From the NCBI GenBank assembly GCA_017557885.1, contig JAFYXV010000003.1:70902-134901 (forward strand): a stretch of 64,000 nt of DNA. Reading direction: 5' to 3'. Below are positions 48,976-56,966 of the stretch, piece by piece. The notes below the pieces were generated by a model. The model was not told the DNA's origin. It did no database searches and was given only the letters and a program-made list of their open reading frames with translations. The stretch is from a bacterium. GTDB lineage: Bacteria; Auribacterota; UBA3054. Each line of letters opens with the position of its first letter. Positions within the stretch are counted from its first letter, which is position 1. Made by a program: the position numbers and the translations under genes.

Positions 48976-49301
48976 CCGTAGCCGAATTCGCAAAAAAATA
49001 TTCCCTGGAAGTCCTCTCCCTGCCCGCTCCCGAAAGGGAAATCAAAGGCGGCTACATGGGGGACCTCCTCTCCTGGGTCATGGGACGCGCGAAAGCGGAC
49101 CAGGCCTGGATAACCATCATGTCCAACCAAAACATCATCGCCGTGGCGACTTTGATCGATTTCGCCTGCATTATATTGGCGGAGGATGTCAGGCTGGAGG
49201 AAAACCTGATCGAGACCGCCAAAACAAAAGGCGTGAATATTCTCACGACAAAACTGCCGGCTTTTGAAGTCGCCTGCGAGATCTGCCAAGAAATAAAATG
49301 A
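48972..49301 (+). CDS. DRTGG-domain protein (second copy)
   Basis: It is ~109 aa and paralogous to 46903-47262. Its ATG overlaps the hydS stop (ATGA). Confidence 0.65.
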   Translation: MTVAEFAKKYSLEVLSLPAPEREIKGGYMGDLLSWVMGRAKADQAWITIMSNQNIIAVATLIDFACIILAEDVRLEENLIETAKTKGVNILTTKLPAFEVACEICQEIK

Positions 49302-50032
49302 ACCGCTACTATTACGACCTGCACATCCACTCCTGCCTTTCTCCCTGTGCGGAGAACGACATGACGCCCTGCAACATTGCGGGGCTGGCGGCATTGAACG
49401 GTCTCAACATAGTGGCGCTGACCGACCACAACAGCGGCAAGAACTGCCCGGCCTTCTACAAGGCCGCCAAGAATTACGGCGTCATCCCGGTGGCAGGTAT
49501 GGAACTGACGACCGTGGAGGAAATACACCTGGTCTGCCTCTTCCCTACTCTGGAAGACGCCATGAATTTCAGCGAAGAAATAGACAAGCGCCGTGTCAGG
49601 ATAAAAAACAGGAAAGATATTTTCGGCGACCAGCTGATCATGGACGAAGAGGACAACGTATTGGGCGAAGAGGAAGATCTTTTGCCCAACGCCACCACCG
49701 TCACCCTCGACGAAGCGCCGTCCCTGGTTGAGAAACACAACGGCGTGTGCTACCCCGCGCACATCGACCGCGAAGCCAACGGCATCATCGCGATCCTAGG
49801 CGAACTGCCGAAAACCCCGGAATTCTCCTCCATAGAGATCCACGACCGCGGGAACACGGCCGCCTATGTGAAAGACCATCATCTGGAAGGCAAGACCGTC
49901 GTCGTCTCTTCGGACGCGCACATGATCGAACAGCTGAGGGAAAAGGAAAATTATTTCGATCTGGAAGACGAACCCTACAGCGGGGACCTGGTGAGAAAGT
50001 CTTTGTTCAACCGTTTGAGAGGTGTCAAATGA
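49298..50032 (+). CDS. PHP-domain phosphoesterase (HfsC-like)
   Basis: It has PHP His motifs (HIHSCLSPCAE, ALTDHNS). Confidence 0.8.
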   Translation: MNRYYYDLHIHSCLSPCAENDMTPCNIAGLAALNGLNIVALTDHNSGKNCPAFYKAAKNYGVIPVAGMELTTVEEIHLVCLFPTLEDAMNFSEEIDKRRVRIKNRKDIFGDQLIMDEEDNVLGEEEDLLPNATTVTLDEAPSLVEKHNGVCYPAHIDREANGIIAILGELPKTPEFSSIEIHDRGNTAAYVKDHHLEGKTVVVSSDAHMIEQLREKENYFDLEDEPYSGDLVRKSLFNRLRGVK

Positions 50033-50580
50033 AAGAACTTTCTTTGAACATCCTCGACATCGCCGAGAACTCCGTGAAGGCCAAGGCCCCCCTCACGCAG
50101 ATCATCCTTACCGAGACGGAAGACGTTTTGACAATAGAGATCATTGACAACGGCTGCGGCATGACCTCCGACATAGTCAAGAGAGTCATAGATCCCTTCT
50201 ACACCACCAGGACGACCAGGAAGGTCGGGCTCGGCATCCCCTTCTTTAAGATGGAGGCGGAACAGACGGGCGGAACTTTCGAGATCTCTTCCAGATCGGT
50301 TACGGAATATCCCGACGACCACGGCACAGCTATAAAAGCGACATTTCATAAAGATCACATAGATTTCATTCCTCTGGGCGACGTAGTCTCCACGATCCTT
50401 ACGCTCATCCAGGGGCATCCCGACTCGGACTTCCTTTTCAGGCACACCACCCCGAAGGGCGAAGTGTCCCTGGACACAAGGGAAATAAGAGAAGAGCTGG
50501 GCGGCGGCATATCGCTGGCGGAATACGAAGTGATCAAATGGATAGAAGAATATTTAAAAGAACAATATCAAACTAACTAA
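50029..50580 (+). CDS. GHKL/HATPase_c-domain protein (HfsD-like)
   Basis: It has HATPase motifs (IIDNGCGM, GLGIPF). The start was chosen at ATG 50029, overlapping the PHP stop. Confidence 0.7.
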   Translation: MKELSLNILDIAENSVKAKAPLTQIILTETEDVLTIEIIDNGCGMTSDIVKRVIDPFYTTRTTRKVGLGIPFFKMEAEQTGGTFEISSRSVTEYPDDHGTAIKATFHKDHIDFIPLGDVVSTILTLIQGHPDSDFLFRHTTPKGEVSLDTREIREELGGGISLAEYEVIKWIEEYLKEQYQTN

Positions 50581-50600
50581 CTTCAACTCAAGGAAAACTT

Positions 50601-50972
50601 ATGAAATCTTTGGCTGAACTTCAAGCAATCAAAGACAAGATGAAAGACAAAGTCGTCCTTAGGGAAGGTTCCGCGCAGAAACGCGTGGTGGTCGGCATGG
50701 CCACCTGCGGCATCGCGGCCGGCGCCCGCCCCGTATTGAACGCCTTTGTCGAAGGCGTCAACAAGGAAGGCCTTTCCGGCGAAGTCGCCGTCACGCAGAC
50801 CGGCTGCATCGGCATCTGCCAGTACGAGCCCGTGGTGGAGATCTTCGAAGCCGGGAAAGACAAAGTCACTTACGTCAAGATGACCGCGGAAAAAGCCCAG
50901 CGCGTCATTACTGAACACCTCAAAGGCGGAAAGGTCGTGACGGAATACACCATCGCCGCTTACGCCAAATAA
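50601..50972 (+). CDS. Thioredoxin-like [2Fe-2S] ferredoxin subunit (HndB-like)
   Basis: It is 123 aa with Cys at MATCGIAAG and TGCIGICQ. Confidence 0.75.
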   Translation: MKSLAELQAIKDKMKDKVVLREGSAQKRVVVGMATCGIAAGARPVLNAFVEGVNKEGLSGEVAVTQTGCIGICQYEPVVEIFEAGKDKVTYVKMTAEKAQRVITEHLKGGKVVTEYTIAAYAK

Positions 50973-50984
50973 GGAGGAGACTTT

Positions 50985-52787
50985 ATGATTCGTGCACAAG
51001 TATTGATCTGCGGCGGCACCGGCTGTTCCTCTTCCGGAAGCGCCAAACTGATGGAGTCTTTCGAGGCCAACCTCAAGAAATATGAACTGGACCAGGAAGT
51101 CAAGATCGTGAAGACCGGCTGCTTCGGTCTCTGCGCCCTGGGCCCCGTGGTAATCGTTTACCCTGACGGCACCTTCTATTCCCGCGTCACGGAAGGCGAC
51201 GTGGAAGAGATCGTCTCCGAGCATTTATTGAAGGGCCGCATCGTCGAACGCCTTGAATACAAGGACGTCACCGATGATCTGAAGAACAAAGCCGACGTTT
51301 CCTTGAACGACACCAAGTTCTATCGTTCCCAGATGCGCATCGCTCTGAGAAACTGCGGCGTTATCAACCCCGAGGACATCAACGAGTACATCGCCATGGA
51401 CGGCTATGCCGCCCTGGGCAAAGTGCTGACCGAGATGAAACCGGAAGACGTCATCCAGACGCTTCTCGACGCCGGCTTACGCGGCCGCGGCGGCGCCGGC
51501 TTCCCCACCGGCATGAAGTGGAAACTGGCCAGAACGCTCGTCAACGACGGCGGACCGAAGTACGTCTGCTGCAACGCTGACGAAGGCGACCCGGGCGCTT
51601 TCATGGATCGATCCGTACTGGAAGGCGACCCGCATGCCGTCCTTGAAGCCATGGCCATCGCCGGCTACGCGATCGGCTCCAACCAGGGTTTCATCTACGT
51701 CCGCGCCGAATACCCCATCGCCGTCAAGCGTCTCCAGATCGCTATCGGCCAGGCCAAAGAGCTCGGCCTTCTCGGCAAAAACATCTTCAACACGGGCTTC
51801 GATTTCGACATCGACATCCGTCTCGGCGCCGGCGCTTTCGTCTGCGGCGAAGAAACGGCTTTGATGACCTCTATCGAAGGCAACCGCGGCGAACCGAGGC
51901 CCCGTCCCCCGTTCCCGGCGGCCAAAGGCCTCTTCATGCGCCCGACCATTCTTAACAACGTCGAGACCTACGCCAATATTCCCCAGATCATTCTGAAAGG
52001 CGCCCAGTGGTTCGCTTCCATCGGAACTGAGAAATCCAAAGGCACCAAGGTCTTCGCCCTGGGCGGCAAGATCAACAACACCGGCCTTGTGGAAGTTCCC
52101 ATGGGCACGACGCTCCGCCAGATCGTGGAAGACATCGGCGGCGGCATCCCCAACGGCAAGAAGTTCAAAGCGGCCCAGACCGGCGGTCCTTCCGGCGGCT
52201 GCATCCCGGCCGAACACTTCGACGTCCAGATCGACTATGACAACCTGATGGCCATCGGCTCCATGATGGGGTCGGGCGGCCTCATCGTCATGGACGAGGA
52301 CAACTGCATGGTGGACATCGCGAAATTCTTCCTGGAATTCACGGTGGACGAATCCTGCGGCAAATGCACGCCCTGCCGTATCGGCACGCGCCGCATGCTG
52401 GAGATGCTGACGAAGATCACGGAAGGCAAAGCCACCCTGGAAGATCTCGACAAACTGGAAGCTCTCTGCTACTACATCAAGGACAACTCGCTCTGCGGCC
52501 TCGGACAAACGGCCCCCAACCCGGTGCTTTCCACCCTGCGCTACTTCCGCAAGGAATACGAAGCCCACGTTGTGGAGAAACGCTGCCCCGCCGGCGTCTG
52601 CAAAGCGCTCCTCAATTACGTCATAGACCCCCTGAAGTGCAAAGGCTGCACGCTCTGCGCCCGCAACTGCCCCGTCGGCGCCATAACTGGTACTGTCAGG
52701 AATCCCCATACTATCGACACCACGAAGTGCATCAAGTGCGGCGCTTGTATGGATAACTGCAAATTCGGCGCTATCAGCAAGAAATAA
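50985..52787 (+). CDS. NADH-binding subunit of electron-bifurcating [FeFe]-hydrogenase (NuoF-like; HndC/HydB) with N-terminal [2Fe-2S] and C-terminal 2x[4Fe-4S] domains
   Basis: It has an FMN/NADH site (GRGGAGFPTG) and [4Fe-4S] (CGKCTPCR). The C-terminal ferredoxin motifs are CKGCTLCARNCP and CIKCGACMDNC. Confidence 0.9.
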   Translation: MIRAQVLICGGTGCSSSGSAKLMESFEANLKKYELDQEVKIVKTGCFGLCALGPVVIVYPDGTFYSRVTEGDVEEIVSEHLLKGRIVERLEYKDVTDDLKNKADVSLNDTKFYRSQMRIALRNCGVINPEDINEYIAMDGYAALGKVLTEMKPEDVIQTLLDAGLRGRGGAGFPTGMKWKLARTLVNDGGPKYVCCNADEGDPGAFMDRSVLEGDPHAVLEAMAIAGYAIGSNQGFIYVRAEYPIAVKRLQIAIGQAKELGLLGKNIFNTGFDFDIDIRLGAGAFVCGEETALMTSIEGNRGEPRPRPPFPAAKGLFMRPTILNNVETYANIPQIILKGAQWFASIGTEKSKGTKVFALGGKINNTGLVEVPMGTTLRQIVEDIGGGIPNGKKFKAAQTGGPSGGCIPAEHFDVQIDYDNLMAIGSMMGSGGLIVMDEDNCMVDIAKFFLEFTVDESCGKCTPCRIGTRRMLEMLTKITEGKATLEDLDKLEALCYYIKDNSLCGLGQTAPNPVLSTLRYFRKEYEAHVVEKRCPAGVCKALLNYVIDPLKCKGCTLCARNCPVGAITGTVRNPHTIDTTKCIKCGACMDNCKFGAISKK

Positions 52788-52799
52788 GGGAGAAATATT

Positions 52800-54554
52800 A
52801 TGGAAAATGTAAATGTCAAAATAAACGGTAACGATTACAGTGTTCCCGCCGGCTCCACCATTCTGGAAGCCTGCCGCATCGCGGGGATCGAGATCCCGAC
52901 TCTCTGCTACCTGAAAGGCATCAACGAGATCGGCGCCTGCAGAATGTGCGTGGTGGAAGTCAAGAAAGCCCGCACGCTGGTGGCCGCCTGCGTTTACCCT
53001 GTGAACGAAGGCATCGAGATCACCACCAACTCTCCGCGCGTTCTGGAAGCCAGGAAGAAAACCCTCTCATTGATCCTTTCCAATCACGACCGCAAGTGCC
53101 TCTCCTGCGTCCGCAGCTCAAAGTGCGAACTGCAGACTCTGGCCCACGACATGGGCGTTGAGGACGAGGGCTACTACGACGGCGTCAGAAACGAATCCGA
53201 AGAGGATATCAGCGCGGCGCATATGATCCGCGACAACAACAAGTGCATCCTCTGCCGCCGCTGCACCGCCGTCTGCGATAAGATCCAGGCTGTGGGCGTC
53301 ATCGGCGCCAACGGCCGCGGCTTCAAGACCAGGATCACCTCACCCTTCGAAATGGGCCTCGGTGAAACGAGCTGCGTCTGCTGCGGACAGTGCATCGCCG
53401 TCTGCCCGGTGGGCGCCCTGAAAGAAAAAGACTACACGGAAGAAGTCATGAAAGCCATCGCCGATCCCGAGAAATTCGTGGTCGTGCAGACCGCCCCGGC
53501 CGTCCGCGCCGCTCTCGGCGAGGAATTCGGCTACCCGATGGGCACCCCGGTGGAAGGCAAGATGGCGGCCGCTCTGCGCCGCATGGGCTTCGACAAGGTC
53601 TTCGACACCAACTTCTCGGCCGACCTTACCATCATGGAAGAAGCCAACGAGTTCGTGGAAAGAGTGAAAAACGGCGGCAAGCTGCCTCTTATCACTTCCT
53701 GCTCCCCCGGCTGGATCAAGTACTGCGAACATTACTTCCCCGAACTGACGGAAAACCTCTCCACCTGCAAATCCCCGCAGCAGATGTTCGGCGCCACGCT
53801 GAAGACCTACTACGCGCAGAAGATGGGCATCGACCCCAAGAAGATCGTCTCCGTCTCCATCATGCCCTGCACGGCTAAGAAGTTCGAGATCGGCCGCGAC
53901 GACCAGTCCGCCGCCGGGCCGGGCATCCCGGACCTCGACTACAGCTTAACGACCCGCGAACTGGCCCGCCTCATCAAGCATCAGGGCATCAAATTCCGCG
54001 AACTGCCCGACGAGGGCTTCGATGATCCTCTGGGCGAAGGCACCGGCGCGGCCGTCATCTTCGGCGCCACCGGCGGCGTCATGGAAGCTGCTCTCCGCAC
54101 GGCGGTGGAATGGATCACCGGACAGGAACTGAAGAACGTCGAGTTCAAGGAAGTCCGCGGCACTCAGGGCATCAAGGAAGCCACCTACAACGTGGCCGGC
54201 ATGGATGTCAAGATCGCCGTGGCCAGCGGCCTTGCCAACGCCAAAGAGATCCTGACCAAGGTCAGAAACGGCGAAGCGGATTACCACTTCATCGAGATCA
54301 TGGCCTGCCCGGGCGGCTGCGTGAACGGCGGCGGTCAGCCTCAGGTCCACGCCTTCATCAGGAACACCGTGGATATCAGAGCTGAACGCGCCAAAGCGCT
54401 CTATCAGCTCGACGACAACGCCAAGATCCGCAAGTCCCATGAGAACCCCAGCATCAAGAAGATCTATGCTGAGTTCTATGAGAAACCGGGTTCCCACAAG
54501 GCTCACGAGTGCCTGCACACGACTTACGTGAAACGCGGCATGTACAAGAAGTAA
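52800..54554 (+). CDS. hydA: [FeFe]-hydrogenase catalytic subunit (HndD/HydA type) with non-canonical L1 motif
   Basis: The N-terminus has [2Fe-2S] and 4Fe-4S ferredoxin domains. The H-cluster L2 (MPCTAKKFE) and L3 (EIMACPGGCVNGGGQP) motifs are canonical. L1 reads TSCSPGW instead of TSCCPxW. Confidence 0.88.
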   Translation: MENVNVKINGNDYSVPAGSTILEACRIAGIEIPTLCYLKGINEIGACRMCVVEVKKARTLVAACVYPVNEGIEITTNSPRVLEARKKTLSLILSNHDRKCLSCVRSSKCELQTLAHDMGVEDEGYYDGVRNESEEDISAAHMIRDNNKCILCRRCTAVCDKIQAVGVIGANGRGFKTRITSPFEMGLGETSCVCCGQCIAVCPVGALKEKDYTEEVMKAIADPEKFVVVQTAPAVRAALGEEFGYPMGTPVEGKMAAALRRMGFDKVFDTNFSADLTIMEEANEFVERVKNGGKLPLITSCSPGWIKYCEHYFPELTENLSTCKSPQQMFGATLKTYYAQKMGIDPKKIVSVSIMPCTAKKFEIGRDDQSAAGPGIPDLDYSLTTRELARLIKHQGIKFRELPDEGFDDPLGEGTGAAVIFGATGGVMEAALRTAVEWITGQELKNVEFKEVRGTQGIKEATYNVAGMDVKIAVASGLANAKEILTKVRNGEADYHFIEIMACPGGCVNGGGQPQVHAFIRNTVDIRAERAKALYQLDDNAKIRKSHENPSIKKIYAEFYEKPGSHKAHECLHTTYVKRGMYKK

Positions 54555-54570
54555 GAGCAATTCTTACTAA

Positions 54571-54606
54571 AAAAGAGAAGGCGCGCCTTTTGGCGCGCCT
54601 TTTTTC
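54571..54606. terminator. Strong bidirectional rho-independent terminator (GGCGCGCC-TTTT-GGCGCGCC + T6) between hydA (+) and the beta-helix gene (-)
   Basis: It has a perfect 8-bp GC palindrome stem with A-run and T-run flanks. An additional upstream hairpin is GTAAGA-gcaa-TTCTTAC. Confidence 0.8.
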
Positions 54607-54621
54607 TTGGATCGGATAAAC

Positions 54622-56319
54622 TCAATTTTGCTGCACGACTTTTTCGGCATGCCTTATTTTCACCGGATCCTTTGTCTTTGCCGAAAAAATGTTGTGCCTC
54701 AGAAGCACGTTCCTGGCGTAGGAAACGACTACGTCCGGCTGGTCTAGTTCGGATTCGAAAATGTTGTTTTCTATTAGGATGTTGTCGTGCACCCTCGACT
54801 TCTCGTTGCCGTCGCAGTTGATGCAAATTCCGGTGCAGCCTCCGCCGTAGCCGCACCTGACGAAACGGTTTCCTCTTATTACGATGTTCTCGGACCCGGG
54901 GCCCTCGCCCCAGCCTTTCTCCACGCCGATATGGATGGCGTAAAGAGTCGTCTCCATGATAGTGCAGTTCTCTATGAGGACGTTCCTGGTCTTAATGAGA
55001 ATGCCCCTGGCGCGGTGCGACATGATCGTGCAGCCGCGCATCCTGAGGGATGGCATCCTGGAAGCGTTGATGCAGGCGTATTTTTCGAGATGATTGGGAA
55101 GCGGAGTGTCGAAAGTCACCTTGCTCTTAAGACCCTTGACGTCCTTTTCCACTCTCACGACTTTCATGGTGGTCAAAACATTCATGGTCTCGTAATCTAC
55201 GATCTCCATGATGTCGCCGGCTTCCGGAGCGTCGAGGACCAGGGCGTGCGTCATGGCCTTGACTTTCAGGATGGCGCTGCTGTCGTCCCCTTCCACCGGC
55301 AGCATGGTGTAATAGAAATTGTGAAGGTTGGTGGCGTCGTCGCCCTGGTTCGCGAACATGCAGTTCTCGAAATCGATGAGGCCGGAGCAGTTCGTGAAGT
55401 GGGTGGCGTCCGTATTGGTAGAGAGATTTTTCCCCGGCAGAGGAACGACTCTCAGGCCCTGCATGAAGATGTTTTTTGTCTTGTTGCCGACGATGCCCAT
55501 GCCGGGCTGTGAGAAGATCGTGACGTCCTTCAAGGTGATGTCCTCGCACTCGTTCATAAGGATGGCCGGGCGGAAGTGCAAAGAGTGGTTGAAGATCACG
55601 ATGAAGCCCTTGTATTTTTCTGGCAGCGAACTGTGCACGCGGAAGGTTCCGTCGGACAAAACTTCGTTGTCCCGCTGGAAGTAGTCCTGGTTCGGTTCCA
55701 ATCTCTCCCTCACGGGATCCCAGTAGGAGATCCTGGAGAGAGATGCGCCTTCAGTCAAAGGAGTGTCAGCGTCCAGTTTCACGTCGTAGTAGTCTTTTTC
55801 GACTTTTGTGATGACGCCCTGGGTGAAAGGCAGTCTTTTGTAGGAAATATTCAGGCCTTCTATGCAGACGTTCTTCGAGCCTTCCAAGGTCACGGGCTCC
55901 ATGAAGCCTTCGCAGAGGATCGTCACGCCTTTGGCGGTCACTTTCACATTCTTAAGGTTGCGCATGTCCAGCCCGGTGACGTACGGGAAATAAAACTGGA
56001 AGATCGAGTTTTCGTCCTGGCTCTTGTCCTTCAAAGACATGACGGCGTCGCGGAGCTTAATGGCTTCCGGATCGCTTATGAGATACACGCCGGGATCTAT
56101 AATTAGTTCGCAGTTCCCTTTCGCCCTGCAGGCGTCGAAGGCCGCCTTGAAGGCGTCTTTGGCGTTCGCGCTGCCGTCCGGTCTGGCGCCGTAATCGCTG
56201 AATTTTATTTGTGCAAGAGGCATATTTTTTCCTTTTGATTTAAGGTTGGTTTTCGCAAACATGTTGGATGAGCAGCCCAGGGCGAGCAGGACCACGGAAA
56301 GCCATAATATTTTTTTCAT
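54622..56319 (-). CDS. Secreted lipoprotein with right-handed parallel beta-helix (pectin-lyase-fold / GH28-like) repeats
   Basis: It has a lipobox (LLALGCSS). Repeated hydrophobic-N/G-containing ~22-aa segments match PbH1 repeats. The start was chosen at MKKILWL. Confidence 0.65.
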   Translation of the reverse strand: MKKILWLSVVLLALGCSSNMFAKTNLKSKGKNMPLAQIKFSDYGARPDGSANAKDAFKAAFDACRAKGNCELIIDPGVYLISDPEAIKLRDAVMSLKDKSQDENSIFQFYFPYVTGLDMRNLKNVKVTAKGVTILCEGFMEPVTLEGSKNVCIEGLNISYKRLPFTQGVITKVEKDYYDVKLDADTPLTEGASLSRISYWDPVRERLEPNQDYFQRDNEVLSDGTFRVHSSLPEKYKGFIVIFNHSLHFRPAILMNECEDITLKDVTIFSQPGMGIVGNKTKNIFMQGLRVVPLPGKNLSTNTDATHFTNCSGLIDFENCMFANQGDDATNLHNFYYTMLPVEGDDSSAILKVKAMTHALVLDAPEAGDIMEIVDYETMNVLTTMKVVRVEKDVKGLKSKVTFDTPLPNHLEKYACINASRMPSLRMRGCTIMSHRARGILIKTRNVLIENCTIMETTLYAIHIGVEKGWGEGPGSENIVIRGNRFVRCGYGGGCTGICINCDGNEKSRVHDNILIENNIFESELDQPDVVVSYARNVLLRHNIFSAKTKDPVKIRHAEKVVQQN

Positions 56320-56426
56320 CACGATTTTGAAAACAGGGTTGATTATCAATTGTATTCCTATTATAACAAAGGGAGCAGCCTGTTCGCCATGTCAAATTAA
56401 AACAGAGTAATGATATAATTAAGGAT

Positions 56427-56966
56427 ATGACAGACAGCTTATCAACGCTTGATTTTTGGGCAGCCTATCCAGGTCTCTTTGACAAGGCCGCCAGGGTCCA
56501 GAAGGAATGCTTCCCCTACTCTCCCGAGGAAAAGGGCTCGCTTTTTTACGCCCTGGAAGTCTGCGGGGAGGTCGGCGAATTGCTGAACGTCTGCAAAAAG
56601 ATCATAAGGACAAGGGATCCTGAAAAAGAAGGCCGCCTTAAAATCAACGCCTTCCCGGAGGAAGCCGCCGACTGCGTCATCGCCTTCACCATGCTTGCCC
56701 AGTCCCGGGGCCTTGAGCCTTGCCGCCCCTGCGATCCGCCGGTCCGGGAAAAAGAAGCCGTCCATCCGCTTCTCATCCGTCTGGCGAAAAAAGCCGCAGG
56801 ACTCTACGCCTCGGCCTGGGATGAAACCGTAAAAAACGAGGACATATCCTCGGCAATAGATATCATCATCACGCTCTCTTTGGAAATGGACTGCGACCTT
56901 AAGGGAGCCGTTAACGAAAAACTTGACAAGATAGCCGTACGGGCGCTGGAAAAACACTATGATTAA
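56427..56966 (+). CDS. MazG-like nucleoside triphosphate pyrophosphohydrolase-fold protein
   Basis: It has an EVGEL-type motif and a 4-helix all-alpha NTP-PPase pattern. It is 179 aa. Confidence 0.55.
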   Translation: MTDSLSTLDFWAAYPGLFDKAARVQKECFPYSPEEKGSLFYALEVCGEVGELLNVCKKIIRTRDPEKEGRLKINAFPEEAADCVIAFTMLAQSRGLEPCRPCDPPVREKEAVHPLLIRLAKKAAGLYASAWDETVKNEDISSAIDIIITLSLEMDCDLKGAVNEKLDKIAVRALEKHYD

